A stretch of DNA of 56,771 nucleotides from Vitrella brassicaformis CCMP3155 (taxonomy: Eukaryota > Protista > Chromerida): NCBI GenBank assembly GCA_001179505.1, contig CDMY01000532.1:1-56771 (forward strand). The letters are read 5' to 3'. Below are positions 1 through 10,633 of the stretch, piece by piece. The notes under the pieces are model-generated. The model did not search any database. It was given only the letters and a program-made list of their open reading frames with translations, and was not told the origin of the DNA. The first letter of the stretch is position 1. Each line of letters begins with the position of its first letter. Both the position numbers and the translations under genes were made by a program.

Positions 1-1260
1 CAATACTCAAGTATTGTGATAGTTGGGTGGCTGACCTGGTAGGCCTTCGTGAAGCGGAGGCGCTGAAGCAGCACCTGAGGGCGACGGCTGAAGGGATGGG
101 AGCGCTCCTGAGCATCACAAGCACACACATGGAGGAAACGTGAATGCATATGCAGCATCACAGCAGCACTATATATATCCTGACTGATTCTCGTGAGTGC
201 TTACCCTCTTCTGCTTGTTGACTGATCGGATGTGGTGGAAACTGAGGAAGATCTGCTGCGACGCCTTGCTGCTTCCCCTGCCTTCTGCTTATGAATCGGC
301 GTGCTCGTCTAATAGAGTTACTGCCTGCCCCCCGTGCCCTTACAACGGGCAGCAGCAGCGGTGTCACGGAACGGCAACCGCCTGAGCTCAGCTGCGAGCT
401 CGCGGCAGTGGATCGACCTCCCCGTCCGTCGGTGTCTGCATCTGCATGGGTGCGTTCGTGGTTCTGCATGGGTGTGCGGGTTGATTGGCAGGGTCTGTCG
501 ATCATTGACTGATCTGTTTCCCACCGTGTGTTTGTTGCTCGCGTTGTTTTTTTGCGTTGTGAGGACTTCTTTCGTTGTGTCCGGCCGTGAGGCCATTCGC
601 ACTATGCGTGAACCGCTTCCCCCGTGCGTGCCTTTGTGCCTTGCACTTTGCCCGTGAAGTGCATTTCGAGTGAGTAGGCGTAGCGGTACGCAGATACGCG
701 CGCCAGATCTATCTCGCTCGTGCCCTTCTGTCTGTGCGTGTTGCTTTTGGAGTGCGTGCATGGTATGTTGATGGTCGGTTGCTGGCTGGCTGGCTGGCTC
801 TTCACACCTGCTGTTTTTCTGTTTGTCGAGCGAGGCGTGGTGGGAGTTGGTTGCGTGGTTGCATGCTGGGAACGGAAGGCGAGGGAGCAAGGTTAGTGAG
901 CTACTGATTGATAGTGTGTCAGTCATATAAGAAGCAAGGGGGGATTGGCGGTGTGTTGCTTTTTGGTGGTTGCGTGCTAGTCAGGCCCATACATCTCAAG
1001 AGAGGCCTGACTGGCTGTGTGACTGTCAGTCTGTCTGCCTGCTTGCCTGTTGGGTGCTGTCTGTCGTCGTGTAGGTACTTAGTGACACATACATACGTAC
1101 AGTCTTAGTCGAATACATAGATGCATGCATCCATAGAAGGTTCATTTGTACGGGGACAGACAAGACAGGGGGAGAGAAGGGACAAGGCAGGCAGCACAAT
1201 CGATTATCAGAATAGATAGGCAGGTAGGGGAGCAGGTCGTTCCTTTGTGTCGTATTTGAG

Positions 1261-1886
1261 GTGAAGACGGCCAATCCATACCCATCCACTGGTGGAGAGG
1301 CCTCGGCCCATCCCGCCTCATCCAGTGCGGCGGCCTCACAATTCTATAGGACTAGAATCTGCAGGTACGCACACGTGCACAGCACAGATGGCACGACCAG
1401 CATGATCATTCATCTGTGTCTTGTTGTTCTCCTGTGTACTTCGATCAGATTCTGGCAACAGGTGAGCGTGACTGCATGCATACATGCCATGTGTCGATCA
1501 GTCGTCGTCTCATGGTTGCCCTGCCCCATGCTCGGTGTGTCCATCAGGGAGAGTGCACCCGCGGTGAGAACTGCCGGTGCGCTCATAGCCTCGAGGAAGT
1601 CCGGACGAGACCTGACCTCACTAAGGTACGCCGCGCATGCTGCATATGTAGAGGACTCGACTGGATGGCTGGCTGCTGTGTGAGGGCGCAGACCCGGCTG
1701 TGTGAGAACTTCCAGAAAGGCGAATGTTCAGACCCAGTTGTGCCTTTGCGCACGGTACGTATGGCTGCACCGAAATGCATTCACGGCACCTTTGACCTCT
1801 GTCAGCGTGCGTGCTTGTAGGTGAGGATGAGCTTCGTTCGACAGATGACTTCTACAAGACATCGTTGTGCGTCTTTTGGAAGCGAG
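1261..1886 (+). CDS. Tandem CCCH (C3H1) zinc-finger RNA-binding protein, internal exons only; 1-nt frameshift in finger 2
   Basis: Exons 1261-1364, 1449-1461, 1548-1625, 1692-1754 and 1821-1886 joined at GT-AG give [53 protein letters not shown](x)[27 protein letters not shown]. This is the TIS11-like (Y/F)(K/R)TxLC repeat pattern. Start and end exons were not identified. Confidence 0.75.
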
Positions 1887-2558
1887 GCACCAATTGTTCT
1901 CGTCCGCATCTCGAAGAGCTTCTGGAAGAACGCTGATAGTTCAGGCATTTTTCCAAGACAAAGGTCCCAAGACGACTACCCTGACATGTGCGCTTTTGTG
2001 GGCGATGCACTTATTGGCGTGTGCGCTATTTTTCTGTCCTTCTGTACTGCAATATGTTGGCTAATATTGGCCGAGCCCTTCGTGACTTCATATGTCTGTA
2101 TTTGCCCTGTCGATTGCCCCCAGACAGACCTGAGGCACTTGTTTAATGTTGTTTAAGCTGTGCTGTCTATGGAAGAGAGGAGGGGAAGGAGAGGCAAGGA
2201 AGAGTCGAGCGTAAGGAGTACGGCTTGGCGAGCTTGCTGACAAACAGTCATTTGCATGTCTCTCCCTTCTAGCAGTGCATTCGTCGGCTCGTCACTTCCC
2301 TGTTGGTGTTTTTGTAGCTTTGGCGATCTTTGGCTGACGTGTATTAATGTGCTTTTATGATATGGTGCTCCGCTCAATCTCTTCTGGTTATTTCTTTGTG
2401 CGCACACATCCACTTCTCTTGAGAAAAGTGAGCACTAGCCAGGTGGATTGCGCATGTCATACTTCGTTGCAGCTTTGCAGCTGTCCAGCTAGCTCCATCA
2501 CTGGATGGCAAGGAAGGAAGGAAGGAAGGAAGGAAGGGTGTATGTGTGAGTACGAAGG

Positions 2559-2593
<35 letters not shown>

Positions 2594-3548
2594 GGACAGT
2601 CTAGGTAGGCATTCGTGTGTGCGTTAAAGAGAGGGGATGTATGGACGTCTGTGTAATTTGTGTCTGTCATTTTCTTATGACATGAGGGCTTGCAGCTCTA
2701 CATAAAGAGGTGTATGTAGGAAGATAGTAGTGAGAGGACATGTTTGTGCAAGGAGATCAACAGACTATACGACCAGTCGTCTGACATTCTGTTGTGGCGT
2801 TGTCAAACGATGACTGATCACGATCGAGCGGATATATAAAGATAAAGCATCCATGTATGTATGATGAATAGGTGAGAACGGCACGAGTAGTGATTCAACT
2901 ACTGATTGACTGACATGATGCATACATACTCTACACATACATGAGAGCTTGAAGATCAGTCTTCGACGCAACTTGTTCAGCGGTCCATTTCGGGCTTTCC
3001 AGAGCCCTTTGTAACCTGTAACATACGATGGTTTTGGAGGCGTTCGAGAGAAGTTTTTTACAGTGTTGGTTCATGACAGAATGGCAGCACGAAGACCAAT
3101 CTCTGCTGCGACCCGTTCGGCCGTCCATTCTAGTCTTTCCAGATCCAGTCTCTGCAGAGCTCCATTGAACCTGCAAGATTCGGTAACTTTGGAATAATCC
3201 AAGTGAAGTCTTCTTACTCTGTTAGTGATGGCAGCACGAAAGCGTGAAAACCAGTCTCTGACGCTATCTATTCCTCGCTCCATTTCAGGCTTCGGGAAGC
3301 TTACAGATCCTCTTTCTTATAAATCTACTCATATACTGACGCGAATTGAACAGTTGTTGAGTAAATGAATAGTGACGCTGATGAGGCATTGAATACTAAT
3401 GTGTATAAAGCAGAAGGAGCATGTCGGACTCCAAATCACACGTTTTCTGTACCTCGTCTGCGGCCGAATTAGGCAAGACAAATCACTCATTGCAACTGAG
3501 TTATATCGCTATCCAACAGCACGCCACAGATATGCAGACGATGTCTAC

Positions 3549-5089
3549 AATGTCAAATGCTCGGCCGAGGGTATCACCATCCTTGGCTGCCCTCTTGGCA
3601 CCACACCTTTCGTGCAGCGTTCCCTCGAGAAGATCGTCAGCGATCACAAGCCGCTGCTCGACGCGATTGTAACCTTCTCTCAGATGGGCCTGCATGGATC
3701 TGGCTTGCTTCTCCGCTATTGCGCGTCTCCCCGGCTGAACTACTGGCTGCGCCTTCTCCCCCCACACACCGACTTTCCCCTGCCAGCCGCCGAGAAACAT
3801 GACGCCGCTATCATCACGACTTTCAGGCGCATGTTTCGCTTCCCCGGCGACTTTCCCAACTCGATGTCTGCGCAAGTCCAACTGTCTATTCGGCTGGGGG
3901 GTTTCGGCCTTATCTCTGCAGTTTCGATCGCTCGCGCCGCCTATGTGGGATCAGTCGCGGCCACCACTTTTGATGTCTCTAGCCGCTTCCGCGGAGCCCG
4001 TTGGATGTTTCAAGGGGGAGCCTCCGCCCTCCTTGACCTGCCCTGGCTTCAAGCAGCAGCTTCTGCCCTCACAGCGCTCTCGGCGGTGGTCGGCCCCTCT
4101 TTCTCTCTCCCCTCCCTCCAGGACCTCATCTCAAAACCGCAGGTGCGCTTGCAACATCGGCTGACCGACCAACTTCACAAGGCCCGCTTCAACGAGCTCT
4201 TCAACTCCCTCCCGCCTGAAAGCAGAGCCCGCGCCCGTCTCTTGAGCTCCAGGGGCCGCTCTCGTCTGGCTGGCTGTCAGCAATCCCTTCCAGCGACCAC
4301 AAGACACTGAACAACTTCCAGTACCGCCATGCCGTCGCCGAGTGTCTCGGCATTGCCCTCCCGCACGCAATCGTCACGCAGCGATGCACCTGCGGCGGGG
4401 AGGTTGACGAGTTTGGCGACCACTATTTTCTCTGCCATACGGGCGGCGAGCGGATCTTGAGACACAACAACATGCGCAAGCTGTTTTTTCGCGTTTTGGC
4501 GGAAGCAGACGTGCCGTCCAACGTGGAGGCGCCCCTGCACAGCCTCGGCATCACCCCAACCGACGACAGCCCCAACAGGCAGCGCATGGACATCTACTGC
4601 GTGATCGACGGACATGACTATCTCCTCGGTGTCACTATCACCTACCCCTGCCGACCTGACGCCTCCACTATCCCTTTTCACCGGACGGTGAACCGGCGCG
4701 GCGCGCAGCTGCCTGGTGGGAAAGCAGCAGGACTGGCGGAGAAGGAGAAGATCGACAAGTATTGTCCTGCCGCCCGTGCAGCCGGCTTTCGGTTCGTCCC
4801 TCTCGCGACGGAGACATTCGGCAGATGGGGAGAGAAGACGATGGATTTCCTGAAGATGCTGGCCAAGCGCAAGCCCCGCCCCACTTCCATCCCCGCCGAT
4901 GAGGACGGAGCTTTCCGCGAGAGTGTCATCAAACATTGGAGCCAACTCCTGTCCGTCGAGCTTACGAAGCACAACGCGTTCCAGATGGCCAGCCGAGCGC
5001 AGCGCGCCGCAGCCGCCAGAGGTCCTCGGAGGGCCCACGCCTTCCCAGAAGACTTTGTCAGCCGCGGGCCATACAGGCCCCACACCATC
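3549..5089 (+). mobile_element. RLE (CRE-type) non-LTR retrotransposon, family B, 5'-truncated and frameshifted copy
   Basis: Translates to the post-RT region (GITILGCPLG...LLRYCASPRLNYWLR), a CxC-x8-H-x3-C zinc knuckle, RHN, and the RLE segment RMDI...GVTITYP...EKEKIDKY...FVPLATETFGRWG. One base is missing near 4248. Homologous to the copy at 12570-14183. Ends at a gap. Confidence 0.9.
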
Positions 5090-5389
5090 NNNNNNNNNNN
5101 NNNNNNNNNNNNNNNNNNNNNNNNNNNNNNNNNNNNNNNNNNNNNNNNNNNNNNNNNNNNNNNNNNNNNNNNNNNNNNNNNNNNNNNNNNNNNNNNNNNN
5201 NNNNNNNNNNNNNNNNNNNNNNNNNNNNNNNNNNNNNNNNNNNNNNNNNNNNNNNNNNNNNNNNNNNNNNNNNNNNNNNNNNNNNNNNNNNNNNNNNNNN
5301 NNNNNNNNNNNNNNNNNNNNNNNNNNNNNNNNNNNNNNNNNNNNNNNNNNNNNNNNNNNNNNNNNNNNNNNNNNNNNNNNNNNNNNNNN

Positions 5390-6038
5390 GCTACCCCTGC
5401 CGACCTGACGCCTCCACTATCCCTTTTCACCGGACGGTGAACCGGCGCGGCGCGCAGCTGCCTGGTGGGAAAGCAGCAGGACTGGCGGAGAAGGAGAAGA
5501 TCGACAAGTATAGTCCTGCCGCCCGTGCAGCCGGCTTTTGGTTCGTCCCTCTCGCGACGGAGACATTCGGCAGATGGGGAGAGAAGACGATGGATTTCCT
5601 GAAGATGCTGGCCAAGCGCAAGCCCCGCCCCACTTCCATCCCCGCCGATGAGGACGGAGCTTTCCGCGAGAGTGTCATCAAACATTGGAGCCAACTCCTG
5701 TCCGTCGAGCTGACGAAGCACAACGCGTTCCAGGTGGCCAGCCTAGCGCAGCGCGCCGCAGCCGCCAGAGGTCCTCGGAGGGCCCACGCCTTCCCAGAAG
5801 ACTTTGTCAGCCGCGGGCCATACAGGCCCCACACCATCCCCGCCTCTGTGCTATAAGCAGGCGGGCGGGTGCTTTCGTGCAGGGTTGGTGTTTGGGTGTG
5901 TGTGTATGTGTGTGTCTCGCGTGTGTGTTCTCGATGTTTTGCCTTCTTCCGCGTGGCTTGCAATGGTCTGGTTGATTGGAAAGCTAGTGTCTTTGGTTGA
6001 GACGGACTTCGTCGCCCCTTTGTGTCTTTACTTATACA
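5390..6038 (+). mobile_element. Family B RLE retrotransposon 3' end (RLE C-terminus plus 3' UTR)
   Basis: Near-identical to 4641-5089 with a few SNPs; stop TAA near 5854; GT-rich 3' UTR ending ...ACTTATACA. Confidence 0.9.
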
Positions 6039-6384
6039 ATGTCTACCAACACGCCCACATGTGTAATTTGGCTGTTTCTCGGCGGTTTCTCCTTCTCTCT
6101 GGATGAGAGAGCACGTGTCTGACTACCTCCAACCCCCTCGCTCCCAGCTCCCTGTAAAGCGAGACACAGACGAGCCCCCATGTTGCGCATGCAACGCGAA
6201 TGGACGGACTCAGCTGTGCCAGAGAAACTGCTCATGCCGCCAGAAGGGAGCCCTCTGCACTAACTGTGTCAACTGCAAGCGTGGTACCTGCACGAATTTT
6301 GTGTATCCCATGCACCCGGTGATTTGCAGTGGTGATGCTGAATCTTCCCCTTCCGACGGCCCTGCCGCACCCTCCCCGGCCTCC
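6039..6384 (+). mobile_element. Family C CRE-type retrotransposon 5' end (Cys-rich N-terminus), cut by gap
   Basis: ORF from 6103 (MREHV...CCACNANGRTQLCQRNCSCRQKGALCTNCVNC); near-identical to 7428-7773 (about 5 substitutions seen). Confidence 0.75.
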
Positions 6385-6684
6385 NNNNNNNNNNNNNNNN
6401 NNNNNNNNNNNNNNNNNNNNNNNNNNNNNNNNNNNNNNNNNNNNNNNNNNNNNNNNNNNNNNNNNNNNNNNNNNNNNNNNNNNNNNNNNNNNNNNNNNNN
6501 NNNNNNNNNNNNNNNNNNNNNNNNNNNNNNNNNNNNNNNNNNNNNNNNNNNNNNNNNNNNNNNNNNNNNNNNNNNNNNNNNNNNNNNNNNNNNNNNNNNN
6601 NNNNNNNNNNNNNNNNNNNNNNNNNNNNNNNNNNNNNNNNNNNNNNNNNNNNNNNNNNNNNNNNNNNNNNNNNNNNNNNNNNNN

Positions 6685-7427
6685 GCCTCGGCATCACCCC
6701 AACCGACGACAGCCCCAACAGGCAGCGCATGGACATCTACTGCGTGATCGACGGACATGACTATCTCCTCGGTGTCACTATCACCTACCCCTGCCGACCT
6801 GACGCCTCCACTATCCCTTTTCACCGGACGGTGAACCGGCGCGGCGCGCAGCTGCCTGGTGGGAAAGCAGCAGGACTGGCGGAGAAGGAGAAGATCGACA
6901 AGTATTGTCCTGCCGCCCGTGCAGCCGGCTTTCGGTTCGTCCCTCTCGCGACGGAGACATTCGGCAGATGGGGAGAGAAGACGATGGATTTCCTGAAGAT
7001 GCTGGCCAAGCGCAAGCCCCGCCCCACTTCCATCCCCGCCGATGAGGACGGAGCTTTCCGCGAGAGTGTCATCAAACATTGGAGCCAACTCCTGTCCGTC
7101 GAGCTTACGAAGCACAACGCGTTCCAGATGGCCAGCCGAGCGCAGCGCGCCGCAGCCGCCAGAGGTCCTCGGAGGGCCCACGCCTTCCCAGAAGACTTTG
7201 TCAGCCGCGGGCCATACAGGCCCCACACCATCCCCGCCTCTGTGCTATAAGCAGGCGGGCGGGTGCTTTCGTGCACGGTTGGTGTTTGGGGGTGTGTGTG
7301 TGTGTCTCGCGTGTGTGTTCTCGATGTTTTGCCTTCTTCCGCGTGGCTTGCAATGGTCTATTGATTGGAACGCTAGTGTCTTTGGTTGAGACGGACTTCG
7401 TCGCCCCTTTGTGTCTTTACTTATACA
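6685..7427 (+). mobile_element. Family B RLE retrotransposon 3' part plus 3' UTR
   Basis: 6685-7232 appears identical to 4542-5089 (identical ORF translations); followed by the same 3' UTR as 5856-6038. Confidence 0.9.
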
Positions 7428-8497
7428 ATGTCTACCAACACGCCCCCATGTGTAATTTGGCTGTTTCTCGGCGGTTTCTCCTTCTCTCTGGATGAGAGAG
7501 CACGTGTCTGACTACCTCCAACCCCCTCGCTCCCAGCTCCCTGTAAAGCGAGACGCAGACGAGCCCCCATGTTGCGCATGCAACGCGAATGGACGGACTC
7601 AGCTGTGCCAGAGAAACTGCTCATGCCGCCAGAAGGGAGCCCTCTGCACTAACCGTGTCAACTGCAAGCGTGGTACCTGCACGAATTTTGTGTATCCCAT
7701 GCACCCAGTGATTTGCAATGGTGATGCTGAATCTTCCCCTTCCGACGGCCCTGCCGCACCCTCCCCGGCCTCCTTCGTCGATGACAAGATGCAGGAGGCC
7801 TTCGGCGAGCCCCTCGTCAACTCGCCCGGCGATGCGGGCTTTCCTGAGTGGGAGGAGTATCATCAGCGGGTCTGTCAGCTTCGCCTACGCTGTGTGACCC
7901 TATCCGATGGCAACCTTGGGGAAGCTATTGCTGATGCTGTCGCTGACGAGGTGGAGAGCATTGCCGGACAGGAGGCGCCTGCAAAACGGCTCTTCGTCTT
8001 CATCCGCACACTGATCCAGCGAGATCCCGATGTGCGGCAAACCAAGGACATCCGCCGGGTGGTCTGGCGGCGGCTGGAGATGTGGCGGGCCGGGCTGGTG
8101 GAGGAGCTCTGCGAGGCTGAGCGACTGGACCATCAGCTCGCCACCACTCAGCCCCCTCTTGACGACGAGTCCGTCTACCGCATCTTCAACAGACTCATGC
8201 TGCAGGGCAAGATCCGGACGGCCGTCCGCTTCGTCACAGAGAAGGGGGGGCGGGGGTGTCCTCCATCCGTCCGCTCAAGCTGAGAAGCGCCCACCAGGCG
8301 TCACACTGCTCGACGTCCTTCGCGAGAAACACCCACCGTAGCAGCAGCCATGCGAGGAGGCCTTCCTTCCCTGCGACTCCCTCCCTCCCCTTATAGACGT
8401 GGACATCACTGACTCAGCGGTGGAGCGCACTACACGAAGCCTGAGCGGGAGCGTTGGGCCGACTGGAGGCGACGCGGACTTCTGGCAGGGGCTCCTG
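7428..8497 (+). mobile_element. Family C CRE-type retrotransposon 5' part (Cys-rich domain plus pre-RT region), pseudogenised
   Basis: ORF 7492 onward continues into LMLQGKIRTAVRFVTEKGGGGVL...LLDVLREKHP...SLSGSVGPTGGDADFWQGLL, typical of the region preceding RT in CRE-like elements. +1 G frameshift near 8235 and an in-frame TAG near 8339. Ends at a gap. Confidence 0.8.
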
Positions 8498-8797
8498 NNN
8501 NNNNNNNNNNNNNNNNNNNNNNNNNNNNNNNNNNNNNNNNNNNNNNNNNNNNNNNNNNNNNNNNNNNNNNNNNNNNNNNNNNNNNNNNNNNNNNNNNNNN
8601 NNNNNNNNNNNNNNNNNNNNNNNNNNNNNNNNNNNNNNNNNNNNNNNNNNNNNNNNNNNNNNNNNNNNNNNNNNNNNNNNNNNNNNNNNNNNNNNNNNNN
8701 NNNNNNNNNNNNNNNNNNNNNNNNNNNNNNNNNNNNNNNNNNNNNNNNNNNNNNNNNNNNNNNNNNNNNNNNNNNNNNNNNNNNNNNNNNNNNNNNN

Positions 8798-8950
8798 GGG
8801 GGGGGGGGGGGGTATGTGTGTGTCTCGCGTGTGTGTTCTCGATGTTTTGCCTTCTTCCGCGTGGCTTGCAATGGCCTATTGATTGGAACGCTAGTGTCTT
8901 TGGTTGAGACGAACTTCGTCGCCCCTTTGTGTCTTTACTTAAACAACAAA
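8798..8950 (+). mobile_element. Family B 3' UTR end
   Basis: Matches 5905-6035; ends ...TACTTAAACAACAAA and is followed by unrelated sequence. Confidence 0.85.
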
Positions 8951-10222
8951 TACTTCGGCACGCACGTCACCCGGCAGGCAGGCGGTGTGAGGTGACACTG
9001 CGGCCGACAGACCCCGGTGACGTGCGCATCACACTGAGCGTATATATGAATCCCGCCCTCTCTCTAGTGACCCACGCAGAAGAACCACTCCGCCTCAAGC
9101 ACGAACGCAACACTAGGGGAATGACGAGGGTGTCCGAAAGCAGGCAACGCGAGCTCCGCGCCACTCCCCGCGACAGGGAGTGAAGCGGCGGGGCGCAGCC
9201 AACCAACGGACACGCACAAGCCCCTTCCCTGAAAATCACCATAGCAAATCGCATGAATCGCCGCTCTGGACGGTCTTGACGTTGCCGCTCCCGAGCAACC
9301 TCATTTTCATGCTCATGATTTCGCGGCCCCTCGTCGGCATCTCTCATCTGCAAGTTGATGGTTAACCCAGCAGCGACACATGCACACAGAACGAACGGGC
9401 GAGCAAAAATGCACACCCAGCCAACCCGCGTGCCCGCTGTGTGTATGTGCGTGCCTGCTGTTCGGCCGTCACTGGGGTGTGGCTCTGGTCGTCTTGGCTG
9501 CTGGAGGACGTGGGAGTTGCGGAAAGGTGAGGTGCCGTCGTCACGCTGTCCTCATGCGGGGGGAGGGGAGCAAGATTCGTGATGAATGTATGCACCTGTG
9601 CCTGTTCTACTTGTTGAGTTGGCGAGCTTTGTGTGCATTGTTCTGTGTGACCGTTGCCCAACGCCCTGCGATGCTGCTGGCTCTTCTTTCCTGTTCTTCC
9701 TCGCCCTTCGCTGCCTCTGCTTACGCAGTTCTTTGCTGGTGAGCCACTGATGAGAGAGGACGTGCCTGTCGCCGCACAGTAGCGTACGAGTAGAGCAGTG
9801 CTGCTGATGCGGAGGGAGATGTGCCTGCCGTTTTCACCCTGGCGCTGGGAGACGATAGCGTGCCCGTCACCAGCAGGGGTTTTCCCGGTTGTATGTAGCC
9901 CGGACTCTGTCTATTCTTTGCCTTGCTCTTGATGATGTGGACTCTGACGTGGACCTCTGTGTGATGCTGTTGGCATGAGGGCGAAATTAAGGCGAGATTC
10001 GAGGGCTCCGTCTGATCCTTCTGACCACGATGTGTGTTCGGCACACAGCAACTTCAACACTACTCTTCTCGTGATCGTGCAGCCGCGCTGAACCTGAGTT
10101 GCGCATGCAACAGGAATCAGCCCCAGCGAGCTCCACGAGCGTTGTTTTGCTGCTTCTATGCGCCGCCTGCCTCTGTTCGACTGCGCCAAGCCACCTGACT
10201 ACGCCCGTGCACCAACTGCCCT

Positions 10223-10599
10223 GGGCATCACCGTGCACCCACCGCTGCCGAGCGTCACGTGAACGACCACTCCCATCCGCCCAACACACCCAAGAGCCCA
10301 TCTCTCGGCCCACCTACCGACACATGCCGACTATCCCGCCCTTCGGGTGCGCCGTCGTTTGAACTTCGCGTTTCGTGCGCCGACGGCCACTCCATTCGGG
10401 GCATCACTGCTGCACCCATCACTGCCGAGCGTCACGTGACCGACCACTCTCCTCCACCCAACACACCCAAGAGCCCATCTCTCGGCCCAGCTACCGACAC
10501 GTGCCGACTATCTCGCCCTTCGGATGCGCCGTCGTTTGAACTCTGCGTCTCGTGCGCTGACGGTCACTCCATTCGCGGCATCACCGATGTGTACCCCAC

Positions 10600-10600
<1 letters not shown>
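10223..10600 (+). repeat. About 177-bp tandem repeat (two units plus a partial unit) upstream of the family A ORF
   Basis: The motif GG(G/C)GCATCAC recurs at about 10223, 10399 and 10577; the units align throughout, and the duplicated peptide is visible in ORF 10259-10603. Confidence 0.9.

Positions 10601-10633
<33 letters not shown>

Noticed and set aside
3-143. Possible last exon of an upstream gene (ILKYCDSW...HMEET*)
   Set aside because: Short, truncated by the window edge and without a recognisable motif.
8944-8965. TACTTCGGCACGCAC resembling the U6 snRNA 5' stem as a retroelement target
   Set aside because: Only a short partial match; no ACAGAGA box or other U6 sequence follows.
8960-10200. 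Possible minus-strand exons (such as 9721-10044 and 8967-9416)
   Set aside because: No coherent splice model or recognisable domain.
10223-10600. CRISPR array or HDV-like ribozyme reading of the tandem repeat
   Set aside because: Units are about 177 bp with no spacers or cas genes, and I could not trace a nested double pseudoknot by eye.
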